Source: an uncultured Solirubrobacterales bacterium
GTDB taxonomy: Bacteria > Actinomycetota > Thermoleophilia > Solirubrobacterales > 70-9
Assembly: GCA_963839535.1 (NCBI GenBank)
Contig: CAWIVF010000006.1
Span: 38,256 to 102,255 of the forward strand
Length of the DNA stretch: 64,000 bases
Direction of reading: 5' to 3'
Below, piece after piece: positions 19,445-28,549 of the stretch. The first letter of the stretch is position 1, and each line of letters starts with the position of its first letter. The position numbers and the translations under genes are program-made. The notes below the pieces were generated by a model. That model had not been told where the DNA came from and made no database searches. It saw only the letters and a list, made by a program, of their open reading frames with translations.

Positions 19445-20318
19445 GCGGGCGCGGCGCGGTCCTGCCGGTGCTGGCGGTGGTGGCGGGCATCCTCGTCGTC
19501 TGGTACGGGCTCGCCGTGGTGCTGAACGGCCCCTGGGCGCGCGACCAGGCGGAGCGGGCGGGGGTGTCGCTCGGGCCGGCGGCGCTCGTGGCCGCGACGA
19601 TGTCCCAGGAGCGGCCGCGGCTGCCGGCGCCGCACCAGGTGGCGGCCGAGCTCTGGAAGTCGACCGTGGGGATGAGCCCGACGTCGAAGCGGAGCCTCGT
19701 CTATCACGCCTGGGTGACGCTGGCGGCGACGCTCGCCGGGTTCGTGCTCGGCGCGGGACTCGGCATCCTGCTGGCGATCGGGATCGTGCACGACCGGACG
19801 ATGAGCGCCAGCGTGCTGCCCTGGGTGATCGCCAGCCAGACGGTGCCGATCCTGGCGATCGCGCCGATGATCATCGTGGTGCTGGCCTCGGTCGGGCTGA
19901 CCGGGCTGCTGCCGAAGGCGATCATCTCGATGTATCTGTCGTTCTTCCCGGTGGTGGTCGGGATGGTGCAGGGGCTCAGGAGCCCCGACCGGATGCTGAT
20001 CGACCAGATGCGGACCTGGAACGCGAGCCGCGGCGCAGACCTTCCTCAGGCTGCGCTGGCCGGCGGCGCTGCCCTGGCTCTTCGCCTCGCTGAAGGTCGG
20101 GCGTCGCGGCGAGCCTCGTCGGGGCGATCGTCGGCGAGCTGCCGACCGGGGCGGTGGCGGGGCTCGGGGCGCGCATGCTGTCGGGGAGCTACTACGGGCA
20201 GACGATCCAGATTTGGGCGGCGCTGGTCATGGCGGCGATCCTCGCGGCGGCGCTGGTCGGGGCGATCGGGCTGGTCGAGCGGCTGACGGCGCGGGCGATG
20301 GGGGCGCGGCCGGCGTGA
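19438..20318 (+). pseudogene. ABC transporter permease (NitT/TauT family), two +1 frameshifts
   Basis: Intact as far as ...DQMRTWNASR. It continues as AQTFLRLRWPAALPWLFASLKVG in another frame from about 20030, and as VAASLVGAIVGELPTGAVAGLGARML...ARPA* in a third frame from about 20100. Length is 3n+2. Confidence 0.75.
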
Positions 20319-20323
20319 GCGTG

Positions 20324-21010
20324 TCAGGCACCATCGGCCTTGGCGAAGGCCTTGAGCGCGTCCTTGCCGATCCAGCGCGCGGACTTGTCCGGGGACTGGG
20401 CGAGGTTGGTCGCGAGCTCGCGCGCGCCTTGGCGCAGGGGTGGGCTCTTCTTGCCGCCGATGGCGCGCAGCGCCCAGTTGACGCCCTTCCGGACGAAGTT
20501 GCGCTCGTCGGTGGCGGCGGCCGCGATCAGGGGGAGGCGCGCGAGGTAATCGGCGTCGGTGCCGCGGCCGTGCAGGGCGAGGCAGGCGAGGAGCGCGAAG
20601 GCGGCGCGGCGGCCGAACTCGTCGTTGAGGGTGGCCCAGGCGTCGACCCTGGCGAAGGCGTGCGGCACCCGGTCGAAGAGCTTGAAGCAAACGGTGTCGA
20701 CGATCGCCCAGTTGTCGAAGTCGGCGCGCCAGCGATCCATCTGCTCGGGCGTCACCGCGGCCGGGTCGTCGATCATGCAGGCGACCATGCGCGCCTCGTA
20801 GACGCCGGTCTCCCAGAGCGCGGCGGCGAGGGCGTGGTCGCGGCCGAGCGCCTTGGCGACGGCCTGTATCCTCGCCATCGGCACGCCGATCGCCTTGTCG
20901 GTGACGATGCCGTAGCGCGGCGCCATGTCGGCGCGGACCTTCTCCGAGGCGTGCGCCTCGAGGGTGGCGAGGGTGGCGGCGACACGGGCGTCAACATGGG
21001 CGTCGGTCAC
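20324..21010 (-). CDS. DNA alkylation repair protein (AlkC/AlkD-like HEAT-repeat family)
   Basis: 228 aa. YGIVTDKAIGVPMARIQAVAKAL...LWETGVYEARMVA...RNFVRKGVNWALRAIGGK matches the DNA_alkylation family pattern. Confidence 0.8.
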   Translation of the reverse strand: MTDAHVDARVAATLATLEAHASEKVRADMAPRYGIVTDKAIGVPMARIQAVAKALGRDHALAAALWETGVYEARMVACMIDDPAAVTPEQMDRWRADFDNWAIVDTVCFKLFDRVPHAFARVDAWATLNDEFGRRAAFALLACLALHGRGTDADYLARLPLIAAAATDERNFVRKGVNWALRAIGGKKSPPLRQGARELATNLAQSPDKSARWIGKDALKAFAKADGA

Positions 21011-21025
21011 GGCGGGCTCCCGCGG

Positions 21026-22159
21026 TCAGGGGCCGAACTGGAAGGCCTCGAACCGGCCGAGACCCTCGTCGATGCGGGCCTTGTCGCCCTCGCGGGGGTC
21101 GGAGATCCAGGTCCATTGCTGGATCAGGAGCTTGCGCCCGGCGCGGTCGGCCTTGAGGTCGATCGCCGCGGCGACGCGGTCGCCGACGAGGACCGGCAGG
21201 GCGAAGTAGCCGAGCTGGCGTTTCGCTGCCGGGACATAGGCCTCGAAGCGGTGGTCGTAGTCGAAGAGGGAGGCGAGGCGCCGGCGCTGGATGGCGAGCG
21301 GGTCGAAGGGCGAGAGGAGGTGGACGCGGTCGGTTTCGGGCAGGGCCTCGGCCAGCGCCTCGGGCGTCGCCCAGTGCGGCTTGCACCCGTCGATCGCGAC
21401 GGGGACGAGCCGGCGGCGGCGGACGCGGGCCTCGATCAGCGCCGCCACCGCTTTCTTGCGCGGGGCGTCCATGTAGCAGATCGAGTCGAGGCTGACGACG
21501 CCTTGGGCGCGCAGGGCGCGGTCGAGCAGGTAGTCGAGGGTCTGCGCCTCGGTGGCGACGCGCGGGCGCGGCGGCCAGCCGAAGTGGCGGTCGATGAGCT
21601 CGTAGGTCTTCACCATGCCGTCGCGGGCGCCGACGGTCAGCATGCCGGCGTAGAAGGCGTGCTCGAGGGCGCGCTTCTCGGGCTTGCGGCTGGCCCAGAG
21701 GTGGAGCTTCTCGACGCGCTCGCCGTCGATGTCGCGGATGGTCAGCGGGCCGTCGCGGCGGATGCGGGCGACGATGCGGCGGATGTCGGCGGGCGGGACG
21801 TCGCCGAACCAGGCCGAGGGGGCTGCGCGGTGGTCGCGCATGTCGGCGAGGTAGAAGCGGATGTCCCGGGTCGGGATGTAGGCGAGCGCGTGCGCCCAGT
21901 ATTCGAAGACCGACTTCTCGGTCGAGAGCGCCGCGGCCAGGTGGGCGCGGGCGTAGGCGGGAATGCGCGACCAGAGGATGTGGTGGTGGGCGCGCTCGAT
22001 GACGTTGATCGTGTCGATCTGCACGTAGCCGAGGTGCTCGACGGCGGCGCGGACCGCGGCCGGGCCGGCGCCGAAGGGCGCGTCGGCGTCGAGCCGCTGG
22101 GCGCGGAGCCAGAGGCGGCGGGCCTGGGCCTTGTCGAGCGGGATGGGGGCGGGCGGCAT
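21026..22159 (-). CDS. YcaQ/AlkZ-like winged-helix DNA glycosylase family protein
   Basis: 377 aa. LGYVQIDTINVIERAHHHILWSRIPAY and ...YFALPVLVGDRVAAAIDLKADRAGRKLLI are characteristic of the YcaQ (DUF1006/HTH_42) family. Confidence 0.8.
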   Translation of the reverse strand: MPPAPIPLDKAQARRLWLRAQRLDADAPFGAGPAAVRAAVEHLGYVQIDTINVIERAHHHILWSRIPAYARAHLAAALSTEKSVFEYWAHALAYIPTRDIRFYLADMRDHRAAPSAWFGDVPPADIRRIVARIRRDGPLTIRDIDGERVEKLHLWASRKPEKRALEHAFYAGMLTVGARDGMVKTYELIDRHFGWPPRPRVATEAQTLDYLLDRALRAQGVVSLDSICYMDAPRKKAVAALIEARVRRRRLVPVAIDGCKPHWATPEALAEALPETDRVHLLSPFDPLAIQRRRLASLFDYDHRFEAYVPAAKRQLGYFALPVLVGDRVAAAIDLKADRAGRKLLIQQWTWISDPREGDKARIDEGLGRFEAFQFGP

Positions 22160-22194
22160 GGCGCAGGTTTCGCCCGGGCCGCGGGGCGACGCAA

Positions 22195-23034
22195 GTGAGC
22201 GCGGCGCTTCTCGGGACGGTCGCGGTCTGGCTCGGGGGCTGGTGGCTGAACGCCCGGCTGGCGCGGGCCGGCGGCTGGGCGGGCCGCTGGCTGCCGCCGG
22301 TGGTGTTCGGGCTGACGCTGCTGGCGCTCTGGGAGGTGGTGGTGCGCGGCTTCGCGGTGAGCCCGGTGCTGCTGCCGGCGCCGAGCGCGGTCGCGGCGCG
22401 GCTGGTCAGCGACTGGCCGACGCTGCTCGCCGACGTGCGGCAGACCTTCCTGCAGGGGGCGCTCTCGGGCTACGTCATCGGCTGCGGGGCGGCCTTCCTC
22501 GTCGGGATCGCCGCCGACCGGGTGCCGTTCCTGCGCGCCGGGCTCTTGCCGGTCGGCAACTTCGCGAGCGCGCTGCCGATCGTCGGCATGGCGCCGATCA
22601 TGGTGATGTGGTTCGGTTTCGACTGGCAGTCGAAGGCGGCGGTCGTGGTGCTGATGGTGTTCTTCCCGATGCTGGTCAACACCGTGCAGGGGCTGGCCGC
22701 GGCCGACCACATGCAGCGCGACCTGATGCGGACCTGGGCGGCGAGCCATCCGCAGACCCTCGTCAGGCTCCAGCTTCCCGCCGCGGCGCCGTTCCTGTTC
22801 AATGGCTTGAAAATCTGCACGACCTTGGCTTTGATCGGCGCCATCGTGGCGGAGTTCTTCGGCTCGCCGACGGTCGGCATGGGCTTCCGGATATCCACCG
22901 AGGTCGGGCGGCTGGCGCTCGACATGGTGTGGGCGGAGATCGTCGTGGCGGCGGTGGTCGGGTCGGCTTTCTACGGCGCGGTGGCGCTGATCGAGCGGGC
23001 GGTGACGTTCTGGCACCCGTCGCAGCGCGGCTGA
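22195..23034 (+). CDS. ABC transporter permease (NitT/TauT family)
   Basis: 279 aa, 6 TM, with an EAA-like loop (DLMRTWAASHPQTLVRLQLPAAAPFLFNGLKI). Confidence 0.85.
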   Translation: MSAALLGTVAVWLGGWWLNARLARAGGWAGRWLPPVVFGLTLLALWEVVVRGFAVSPVLLPAPSAVAARLVSDWPTLLADVRQTFLQGALSGYVIGCGAAFLVGIAADRVPFLRAGLLPVGNFASALPIVGMAPIMVMWFGFDWQSKAAVVVLMVFFPMLVNTVQGLAAADHMQRDLMRTWAASHPQTLVRLQLPAAAPFLFNGLKICTTLALIGAIVAEFFGSPTVGMGFRISTEVGRLALDMVWAEIVVAAVVGSAFYGAVALIERAVTFWHPSQRG

Positions 23035-23063
23035 GTGACTTGGTCCAAGCAGGGAGAACAACA

Positions 23064-24047
23064 ATGAGACGATGGTTCGCGGGCGTGAGCGCCGCGGCGA
23101 TGCTGGCGGGTGGCGTGGCCTCGGCCGAGGAGGTGACGCTGCAGCTGAAGTGGGTGACGCAGGCGCAGTTCGCCGGCTACTACGTAGCGCAGGAGCAGGG
23201 CTTCTACGAGGAGGAGGGGCTCGAGGTCACGATCAAGCCGGGCGGCCCCGACGTGGCGCCGCCGCAGGTGATCGCCGGCGGCGGGGCGGACGTCGTCATC
23301 GACTGGATGCCCTCGGCGCTCGCCGCGCGCGAGAAGGGGCTGCCGCTCGTCAACATCGCGCAGCCGTTCAAGCGGTCGGGGATGATGCTGACCTGCCGCA
23401 ACGATTCGGGCGTGACCGCGACCGAGGACTTCCCTGGGCAGACGCTCGGGGTCTGGTTCGGCGGCAACGAGTATCCGTTCCTGTCGTGGATGTCGAAGCT
23501 CGGGCTTTCGACCGACGGCGGCCCCGAGGGGGTGACGGTGCTGAAGCAGGGCTTCAACGTCGATCCGCTCCTGCAGAAGCAGGCGGCCTGCATCTCGACG
23601 ATGACCTACAACGAGTACTGGCAGGTGATCGACGCCGGGCTGACGCCGGAGGAACTGACGGTCTTCAAGTACGAGGACCAGGGGGTCGCGACGCTCGAGG
23701 ACGGGCTCTACGTGCTCGAGGAGCGGCTGGCCGACCCGGCCTTCGTCGAGACGATGGCGAAGTTCGTCCGCGCCTCGATGAAGGGCTGGAAGTGGGCCGA
23801 GGAGCACCCGGACGACGCGGCGATGATCGTGCTCGACAACGACGAGACCGGGGCGCAGACCGAGGCGCACCAGAAGCGGATGATGGGCGAGATCGCCAAG
23901 CTGACCGCCGGCACCGACGGCACGCTCGACCCGGCCGACTACGAGCGCACGGTCGAGACGCTGCTGACCGCCGGCTCGGATCCGGTCATCACCAAGGCGC
24001 CGGAGGGCGCCTGGAGCCACGCGGTCACCGACGTGGCCTTCAAGTAG
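23064..24047 (+). CDS. ABC transporter periplasmic binding protein (NMT1/THI5-like, NitT/TauT type)
   Basis: MRRWFAGVSAAAMLAGGVASAEEVTLQLKWVTQAQFAGYYVAQEQGFYEEEGL... Signal peptide plus the typical N-terminal strand. AGGGAGAA SD upstream. Confidence 0.85.
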   Translation: MRRWFAGVSAAAMLAGGVASAEEVTLQLKWVTQAQFAGYYVAQEQGFYEEEGLEVTIKPGGPDVAPPQVIAGGGADVVIDWMPSALAAREKGLPLVNIAQPFKRSGMMLTCRNDSGVTATEDFPGQTLGVWFGGNEYPFLSWMSKLGLSTDGGPEGVTVLKQGFNVDPLLQKQAACISTMTYNEYWQVIDAGLTPEELTVFKYEDQGVATLEDGLYVLEERLADPAFVETMAKFVRASMKGWKWAEEHPDDAAMIVLDNDETGAQTEAHQKRMMGEIAKLTAGTDGTLDPADYERTVETLLTAGSDPVITKAPEGAWSHAVTDVAFK

Positions 24048-24095
24048 GCGAGCGGGGGCCGCGGCGCCGCGGCCCCTTCATCCCGGAGGAGACGC

Positions 24096-25148
24096 ATGGC
24101 CTGGGACGAGGCGGAGCTCGATCGGCTGCGCGCCAAGTATGCCGACGACCCCGGCGGGCGGATGCACGACCCGCATTTCGCCGCGGTCGCCGCGCGCATC
24201 TTCAGCCGCGGCGCGCGGCCTGCGCCCTTCGTCGGGGTGCCGACCTTCCTCGCGGCGCCGCACCGGATCGTCGATCCGGCGGCGCCGGACTTCTCCGGGC
24301 TCGACGTGGCGATCAGCGGGGTGCCGTTCGACCTCGCCGCCTCGAACCGGGCGGGCACGCGCTTCGGGCCGCGGGCGGTGCGGACGATCGAGCGGGTCGG
24401 GCCGTACAACCACGTGCTGCGCGTCGCGCCGCTGCACGAGATGGCGGTGGCCGACGTCGGCGACGTGCCGTTCTCGAGCCGCTACGGCATCGCCTCGGCC
24501 CATGCCGAGATCGAGGCCTGGACCGCGGCGATCGTCGGGCAGGGGGTGCGGCCGCTCTCCGTCGGCGGCGATCATTCGATCAGCTATCCGATCCTGCGCG
24601 CCGTAGGGCGCGAGCGGCCGGTCGGGCTCGTGCACGTCGACGCGCATTCCGACACCGGCGGGCCGTTCGACGGGCTCAGGGAGAACCACGGCGCGCCGTT
24701 CCGCAACGCGGTGCTCGCCGGCGTGCTCGATCCGACGCGGACGGTGCAGATCGGGTTGAGGGGGGCGTCGGAGTATCTCTACGAGTTCGCGACCGACAGC
24801 GGCATGACCTGCATCCACGCCGAGGAGATCGACACGATCGGCCTGCCGGCGGTGATCGCGAAGGCGCGGGCGGTGGTCGGCGACGGGCCGGTCTACGTCT
24901 CCTTCGACATCGACGCGCTCGACCCGGCCTTCGCGCCCGGCACCGGCACGCCCGAGGTCGGCGGGCTGACGACGCGCGAGGCGCAGGCGATCCTGCGCGG
25001 GCTCGAGGGGATCGACATCGTCGGCGGCGATCTCGTCGAGGTGGCGCCGCAGTACGACGCCACCACCAACACCGCGCACGCCGGCGCGCAGATGCTGTTC
25101 GAGATGCTGAGCCTGATGGCGGTCGCGCCGTCGCGGCGCCGTCCGTGA
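24096..25148 (+). CDS. Agmatinase/guanidino-acid hydrolase (ureohydrolase family)
   Basis: Mn-binding motifs GGDHSISYP, VHVDAHSDT, SFDIDALDPAFAPGTGTPE and GGDLVEVAP. Substrate is not assignable from sequence alone. Confidence 0.88.
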   Translation: MAWDEAELDRLRAKYADDPGGRMHDPHFAAVAARIFSRGARPAPFVGVPTFLAAPHRIVDPAAPDFSGLDVAISGVPFDLAASNRAGTRFGPRAVRTIERVGPYNHVLRVAPLHEMAVADVGDVPFSSRYGIASAHAEIEAWTAAIVGQGVRPLSVGGDHSISYPILRAVGRERPVGLVHVDAHSDTGGPFDGLRENHGAPFRNAVLAGVLDPTRTVQIGLRGASEYLYEFATDSGMTCIHAEEIDTIGLPAVIAKARAVVGDGPVYVSFDIDALDPAFAPGTGTPEVGGLTTREAQAILRGLEGIDIVGGDLVEVAPQYDATTNTAHAGAQMLFEMLSLMAVAPSRRRP

Positions 25149-25222
25149 CCGAGCGCAACGCGCGTGCGGTTCCCGGTCGCCTGTTGCTCTGCAAGTGCGT
25201 GAGTAGCAGGATACCTCCGCCC

Positions 25223-25777
25223 TCACGGTCCACGCGGCGACGGCATCAGTCCCATTCGTGCGACGCTCGGATGGCGGTCCCAGTCGAGGAAGAACTCGTC
25301 GAGCTGCGGCGGCGGCACGTCGGTGCCGGCGAGCATGGCGTGGGCCTGGCCGCGGTGGTGGATCTGGTGCTGGAAGAGGTGGGCGAGGACGGCGTCGAGC
25401 CGCTCGGGGACGAGGCCGGCGGCGCCACGGTCGGTCATCACCGTGCGGTCGAGGTCGGACGTCGCGAGGGCGTCGCAGAAGGCGATCAGCCGGGCGTCGC
25501 TCGCCGCCTGCGCCGCCCGGAGCGCCGCGGGCTCGGCGAGGTCGGGCCAGGCGTCGGGCACGACCGGCCGGCCGTCGCGTGCCTCGAGGGCGTTCAGGTA
25601 GTAGAGGTCGACGCCGAGGTTGTGGTTGAGCGTGGCCCGCAGCGACGGGAAGAAGCTGACGCGCGGCGCCGCGAACGCCTCGGGGGTGAGCCGCTCGCAG
25701 GCGGCGAGCAGGCGGGCGTTCGCCCAGGCGTTGTTGCGGGCCATCGCGCGGAAGTGGGCGACGAGGCGGTCGGGCAT
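25223..25777 (-). CDS. DinB-family (damage-inducible, four-helix-bundle) protein
   Basis: 184 aa. ARNNAWANARLL...LNHNLGVDLYYL...HLFQHQIHHRGQAHAML is a DinB-like metal-binding His pattern. Confidence 0.75.
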   Translation of the reverse strand: MPDRLVAHFRAMARNNAWANARLLAACERLTPEAFAAPRVSFFPSLRATLNHNLGVDLYYLNALEARDGRPVVPDAWPDLAEPAALRAAQAASDARLIAFCDALATSDLDRTVMTDRGAAGLVPERLDAVLAHLFQHQIHHRGQAHAMLAGTDVPPPQLDEFFLDWDRHPSVARMGLMPSPRGP

Positions 25778-25845
25778 CGGCGGGTCTCCTTCGGCCGGGC
25801 GGCAGGCTACGCCGCGGGCGGCCGGCGCGCCAGCGGCGGGCGGCG

Positions 25846-26409
25846 ATGAGCGCGGCGCGGGTGCCGGCCTGGGCGGTGACGGCGGGGCTCGTCGTGGCGG
25901 CGGCGCTGGTCCTGCTGGCGATGGGGCGGGTGCCGATCTGCACCTGCGGCTAGGTGCTGCCCTGGTACGGCAACACCATGGGTCCGGGCAACTCGCAGCA
26001 TCTGACCGACTGGTACACGCCGAGCCACCTGATCCACGGCTTCATCTTCTACTGGCTGCTCTGGCTCGCGGCGCCGCGCCTCTCGTTCGGCTGGCGGCTG
26101 GCGATCGCCACCGCGATCGAGGCGGCCTGGGAGATCGTCGAGAACTCGCCGATGATCATCGACCGCTACCGGGCGGTGACGATCTCGCTCGACTACTACG
26201 GCGACAGCGTCATCAACTCGGTGATGGACATCCTCGCGATGATGCTCGGCTTCTGGCTGGCGTCGCGGCTGCCGGTCTGGCTGACGGTGGCGCTGGCGGT
26301 CGGGATGGAGGTCGTGACCACGCTGCTGATCCGCGACGGGCTGACGCTCAACGTCATCATGCTGCTCTGGCCGGTCGAGGCGATCCGCGTCTGGCAGGCG
26401 GGCGGCTGA
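25846..26409 (+). pseudogene. DUF2585 family membrane protein with an in-frame TAG at 25951-25953
   Basis: The ATG at 25846 gives MSAARVPAWAVTAGLVVAAALVLLAMGRVPICTCG, then TAG, then [29 protein letters not shown]... in the same frame. The ORF track only reports the part downstream of the stop (25954..26409). Confidence 0.7.
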
Positions 26410-26463
26410 GGCCGGCGGGCGATAGCGTTTGAACCTCGGCGCGGCCCTCCATATGGTCCGAAG

Positions 26464-27402
26464 ATGACCACGGCGCTGATCTCGCACGGCGACTGCCTCC
26501 GGCACATCAACCCCCCCGGGCATCCCGAGCGGCACGAGCGGCTCGAGGCGATATGGGGGGCGCTCGAGGCCGAGGAGTTCGCCTACCTCGTGCGGGTCGA
26601 GGCGCCGCTGGCCGAGGACGCGCACATCCTGCGCGCGCATCCGGCCGCCTACATCGAGCGGCTGCAGGCACGGTCGCCGCAGCAGGGCTATGCGCCGATC
26701 GATTCCGACACCTTCCTGATGCCGGGGACGCTCGCCGCCGCCCGCCGCGCGGCGGGCGCGGTGGTGCAGGGCGTCGACATGCTGATGGCGGGTGAGGTGA
26801 GGAACGCCTTCTGCGCGGTGCGGCCGCCCGGCCACCATGCCGAGACCGCGACGGCGATGGGCTTCTGCTTCTTCGGCAGCGCGGTGATCGGGGCGCGGCA
26901 CGCGCTGGAGGCGCACGGGCTCGAGCGGGTGGCGATCGTCGACTGGGACGTGCACCACGGCAACGGCACCCAGGACCTCGTCTGGGACGACCCGCGCATC
27001 CTCTTCGCCTCGACCCACCAGATGCCGCTCTACCCGGGCACCGGCGCGGTGGAGGAGCGCGGCGCGCACGGGCAGGTCGTCAACGTGCCGCTGCCGCCCG
27101 GCGCCGGCGGCGGGGTGTTCCGGGCGGGGATGCTCGGGCGGGTGCTGCCGGCGGTCGAGGCGCACGCGCCGCAGATGATCCTCGTCTCGGCGGGCTTCGA
27201 TGCGCACGCGCGCGACCCGCTGGCCAACCTCAACCTCGTCGAGGCCGACTTCGCCTGGGCGACCGCGCAGCTCTGCGCGCTCGCCGACCAGTGCTGCGAC
27301 GGGCGGATCGTCTCGACTCTCGAGGGCGGATATGATCTGAGCGCGCTCGCCGCGTCGGTCGCGGCGCACGTGCGGGTGCTGATGGAGCACGGACATGGCT
27401 GA
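26464..27402 (+). CDS. Histone deacetylase-family amidohydrolase (acetoin utilisation/APAH-like)
   Basis: 312 aa with RPPGHHA, DWDVHHGNGTQ and EGGY motifs. Confidence 0.88.
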   Translation: MTTALISHGDCLRHINPPGHPERHERLEAIWGALEAEEFAYLVRVEAPLAEDAHILRAHPAAYIERLQARSPQQGYAPIDSDTFLMPGTLAAARRAAGAVVQGVDMLMAGEVRNAFCAVRPPGHHAETATAMGFCFFGSAVIGARHALEAHGLERVAIVDWDVHHGNGTQDLVWDDPRILFASTHQMPLYPGTGAVEERGAHGQVVNVPLPPGAGGGVFRAGMLGRVLPAVEAHAPQMILVSAGFDAHARDPLANLNLVEADFAWATAQLCALADQCCDGRIVSTLEGGYDLSALAASVAAHVRVLMEHGHG

Positions 27403-27640
27403 GGACGGCCTGCGGCCGGTGACGGAGCTCTCCTTCGAGGACGCGCTCGCGGAACTCGAGTCGGTCGTCGGCCGCCTCGAGAAGGGCGAGGTGCCGCTCG
27501 AGGAGTCGATCGCGCTCTACGCCCGCGGCGCCGAGCTCAAGGCGCACTGCGAGGAGAAGCTGAAGGCGGCCGAGGCGCGGGTGGCGGAGATCACGCAAGG
27601 CCCGGAAGGCGTCCGGGCGCGGCCGGTCGACATCCCTTGA
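27395..27640 (+). CDS. xseB: Exodeoxyribonuclease VII small subunit
   Basis: 81 aa. SFEDALAELESVVGRLEKGEVPLEESIALYARGAELKAHCEEKL. Conserved xseB-ispA-dxs order. Confidence 0.9.
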   Translation: MAEDGLRPVTELSFEDALAELESVVGRLEKGEVPLEESIALYARGAELKAHCEEKLKAAEARVAEITQGPEGVRARPVDIP

Positions 27641-28527
27641 TGCACGCGGACGAGCTGCAGTTCCATTCGGCGCTGAGCCAGGCGGCGACGCGGGTCGAGG
27701 AGGCGCTGGGCGGGCTGCTGCCGTCCGACGAGACCGACCTCGGGGCGGCGATGCGCTACGCGGTGCTCGGCGGCGGCAAGCGGCTCAGGGCCTTCGTGGC
27801 GCTCGAGAGCGCGGCGATCTTCCGGGTGCCGCCGGGGCAGGCGCTGAGGACGGCGGCGGCGGTCGAATGCGTGCACGCCTACAGCCTCGCGCACGACGAC
27901 CTGCCGTGCATGGACGACGACGACATGCGCCGCGGCAAGCCGACCGTGCACAAGGTCTGGGACGAGGCGACGGCGGTGCTCGCCGGCGACGCGCTGCAGA
28001 CGCTCGCCTTCGAGGTCATCACCGCGCCGCAGTCGGCGATCGACCCGCGGGCGCAGGCGCGGCTGGTCTGGCGGCTGGCGCAGGCGGCGGGCGCGCACGG
28101 CATGGTCGGCGGGCAGGCGCTCGACATCGCGGCGGCGGCCGGCGCGGCGCCGCTCGACCTCGCGGCGACGACCGATCTGCAGGCGCTGAAGACCGGAGCG
28201 CTGTTCGGCTGGGCGGCCGAGTTGGGGGCGATCCTCGGGCGGTCGGATCCGGAGCCGCTCCGGCGCTACGCGGCGGCGCTCGGGCTCGCCTTCCAGATCC
28301 GCGACGACATGCTCGACGTCGAGGGCGACGCCGAGGCGACCGGCAAGCGGGTCGGCAAGGACGGCGAGCAGGGCAAGGCGACCTTCGTCTCGCTGCTCGG
28401 GCTCGACGGCGCGCGGCGCAAGGCGCATGAGCTGGTGGTGGAGGCGGCGGAGGCGCTGGCGCCCTACGGCTCGGCGGCGGGGAACCTGCGGGCGGCGGCG
28501 CAGTTCGTCTTCACGCGGAACCGGTGA
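27640..28527 (+). CDS. ispA: Farnesyl diphosphate synthase (polyprenyl synthetase)
   Basis: [14 protein letters not shown] (first Asp-rich motif) and FQIRDDMLD (second). The ATG overlaps the xseB TGA. Confidence 0.9.
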   Translation: MHADELQFHSALSQAATRVEEALGGLLPSDETDLGAAMRYAVLGGGKRLRAFVALESAAIFRVPPGQALRTAAAVECVHAYSLAHDDLPCMDDDDMRRGKPTVHKVWDEATAVLAGDALQTLAFEVITAPQSAIDPRAQARLVWRLAQAAGAHGMVGGQALDIAAAAGAAPLDLAATTDLQALKTGALFGWAAELGAILGRSDPEPLRRYAAALGLAFQIRDDMLDVEGDAEATGKRVGKDGEQGKATFVSLLGLDGARRKAHELVVEAAEALAPYGSAAGNLRAAAQFVFTRNR

Positions 28528-28549
28528 GCGTGCCGAGGGGAGGGAAGCG

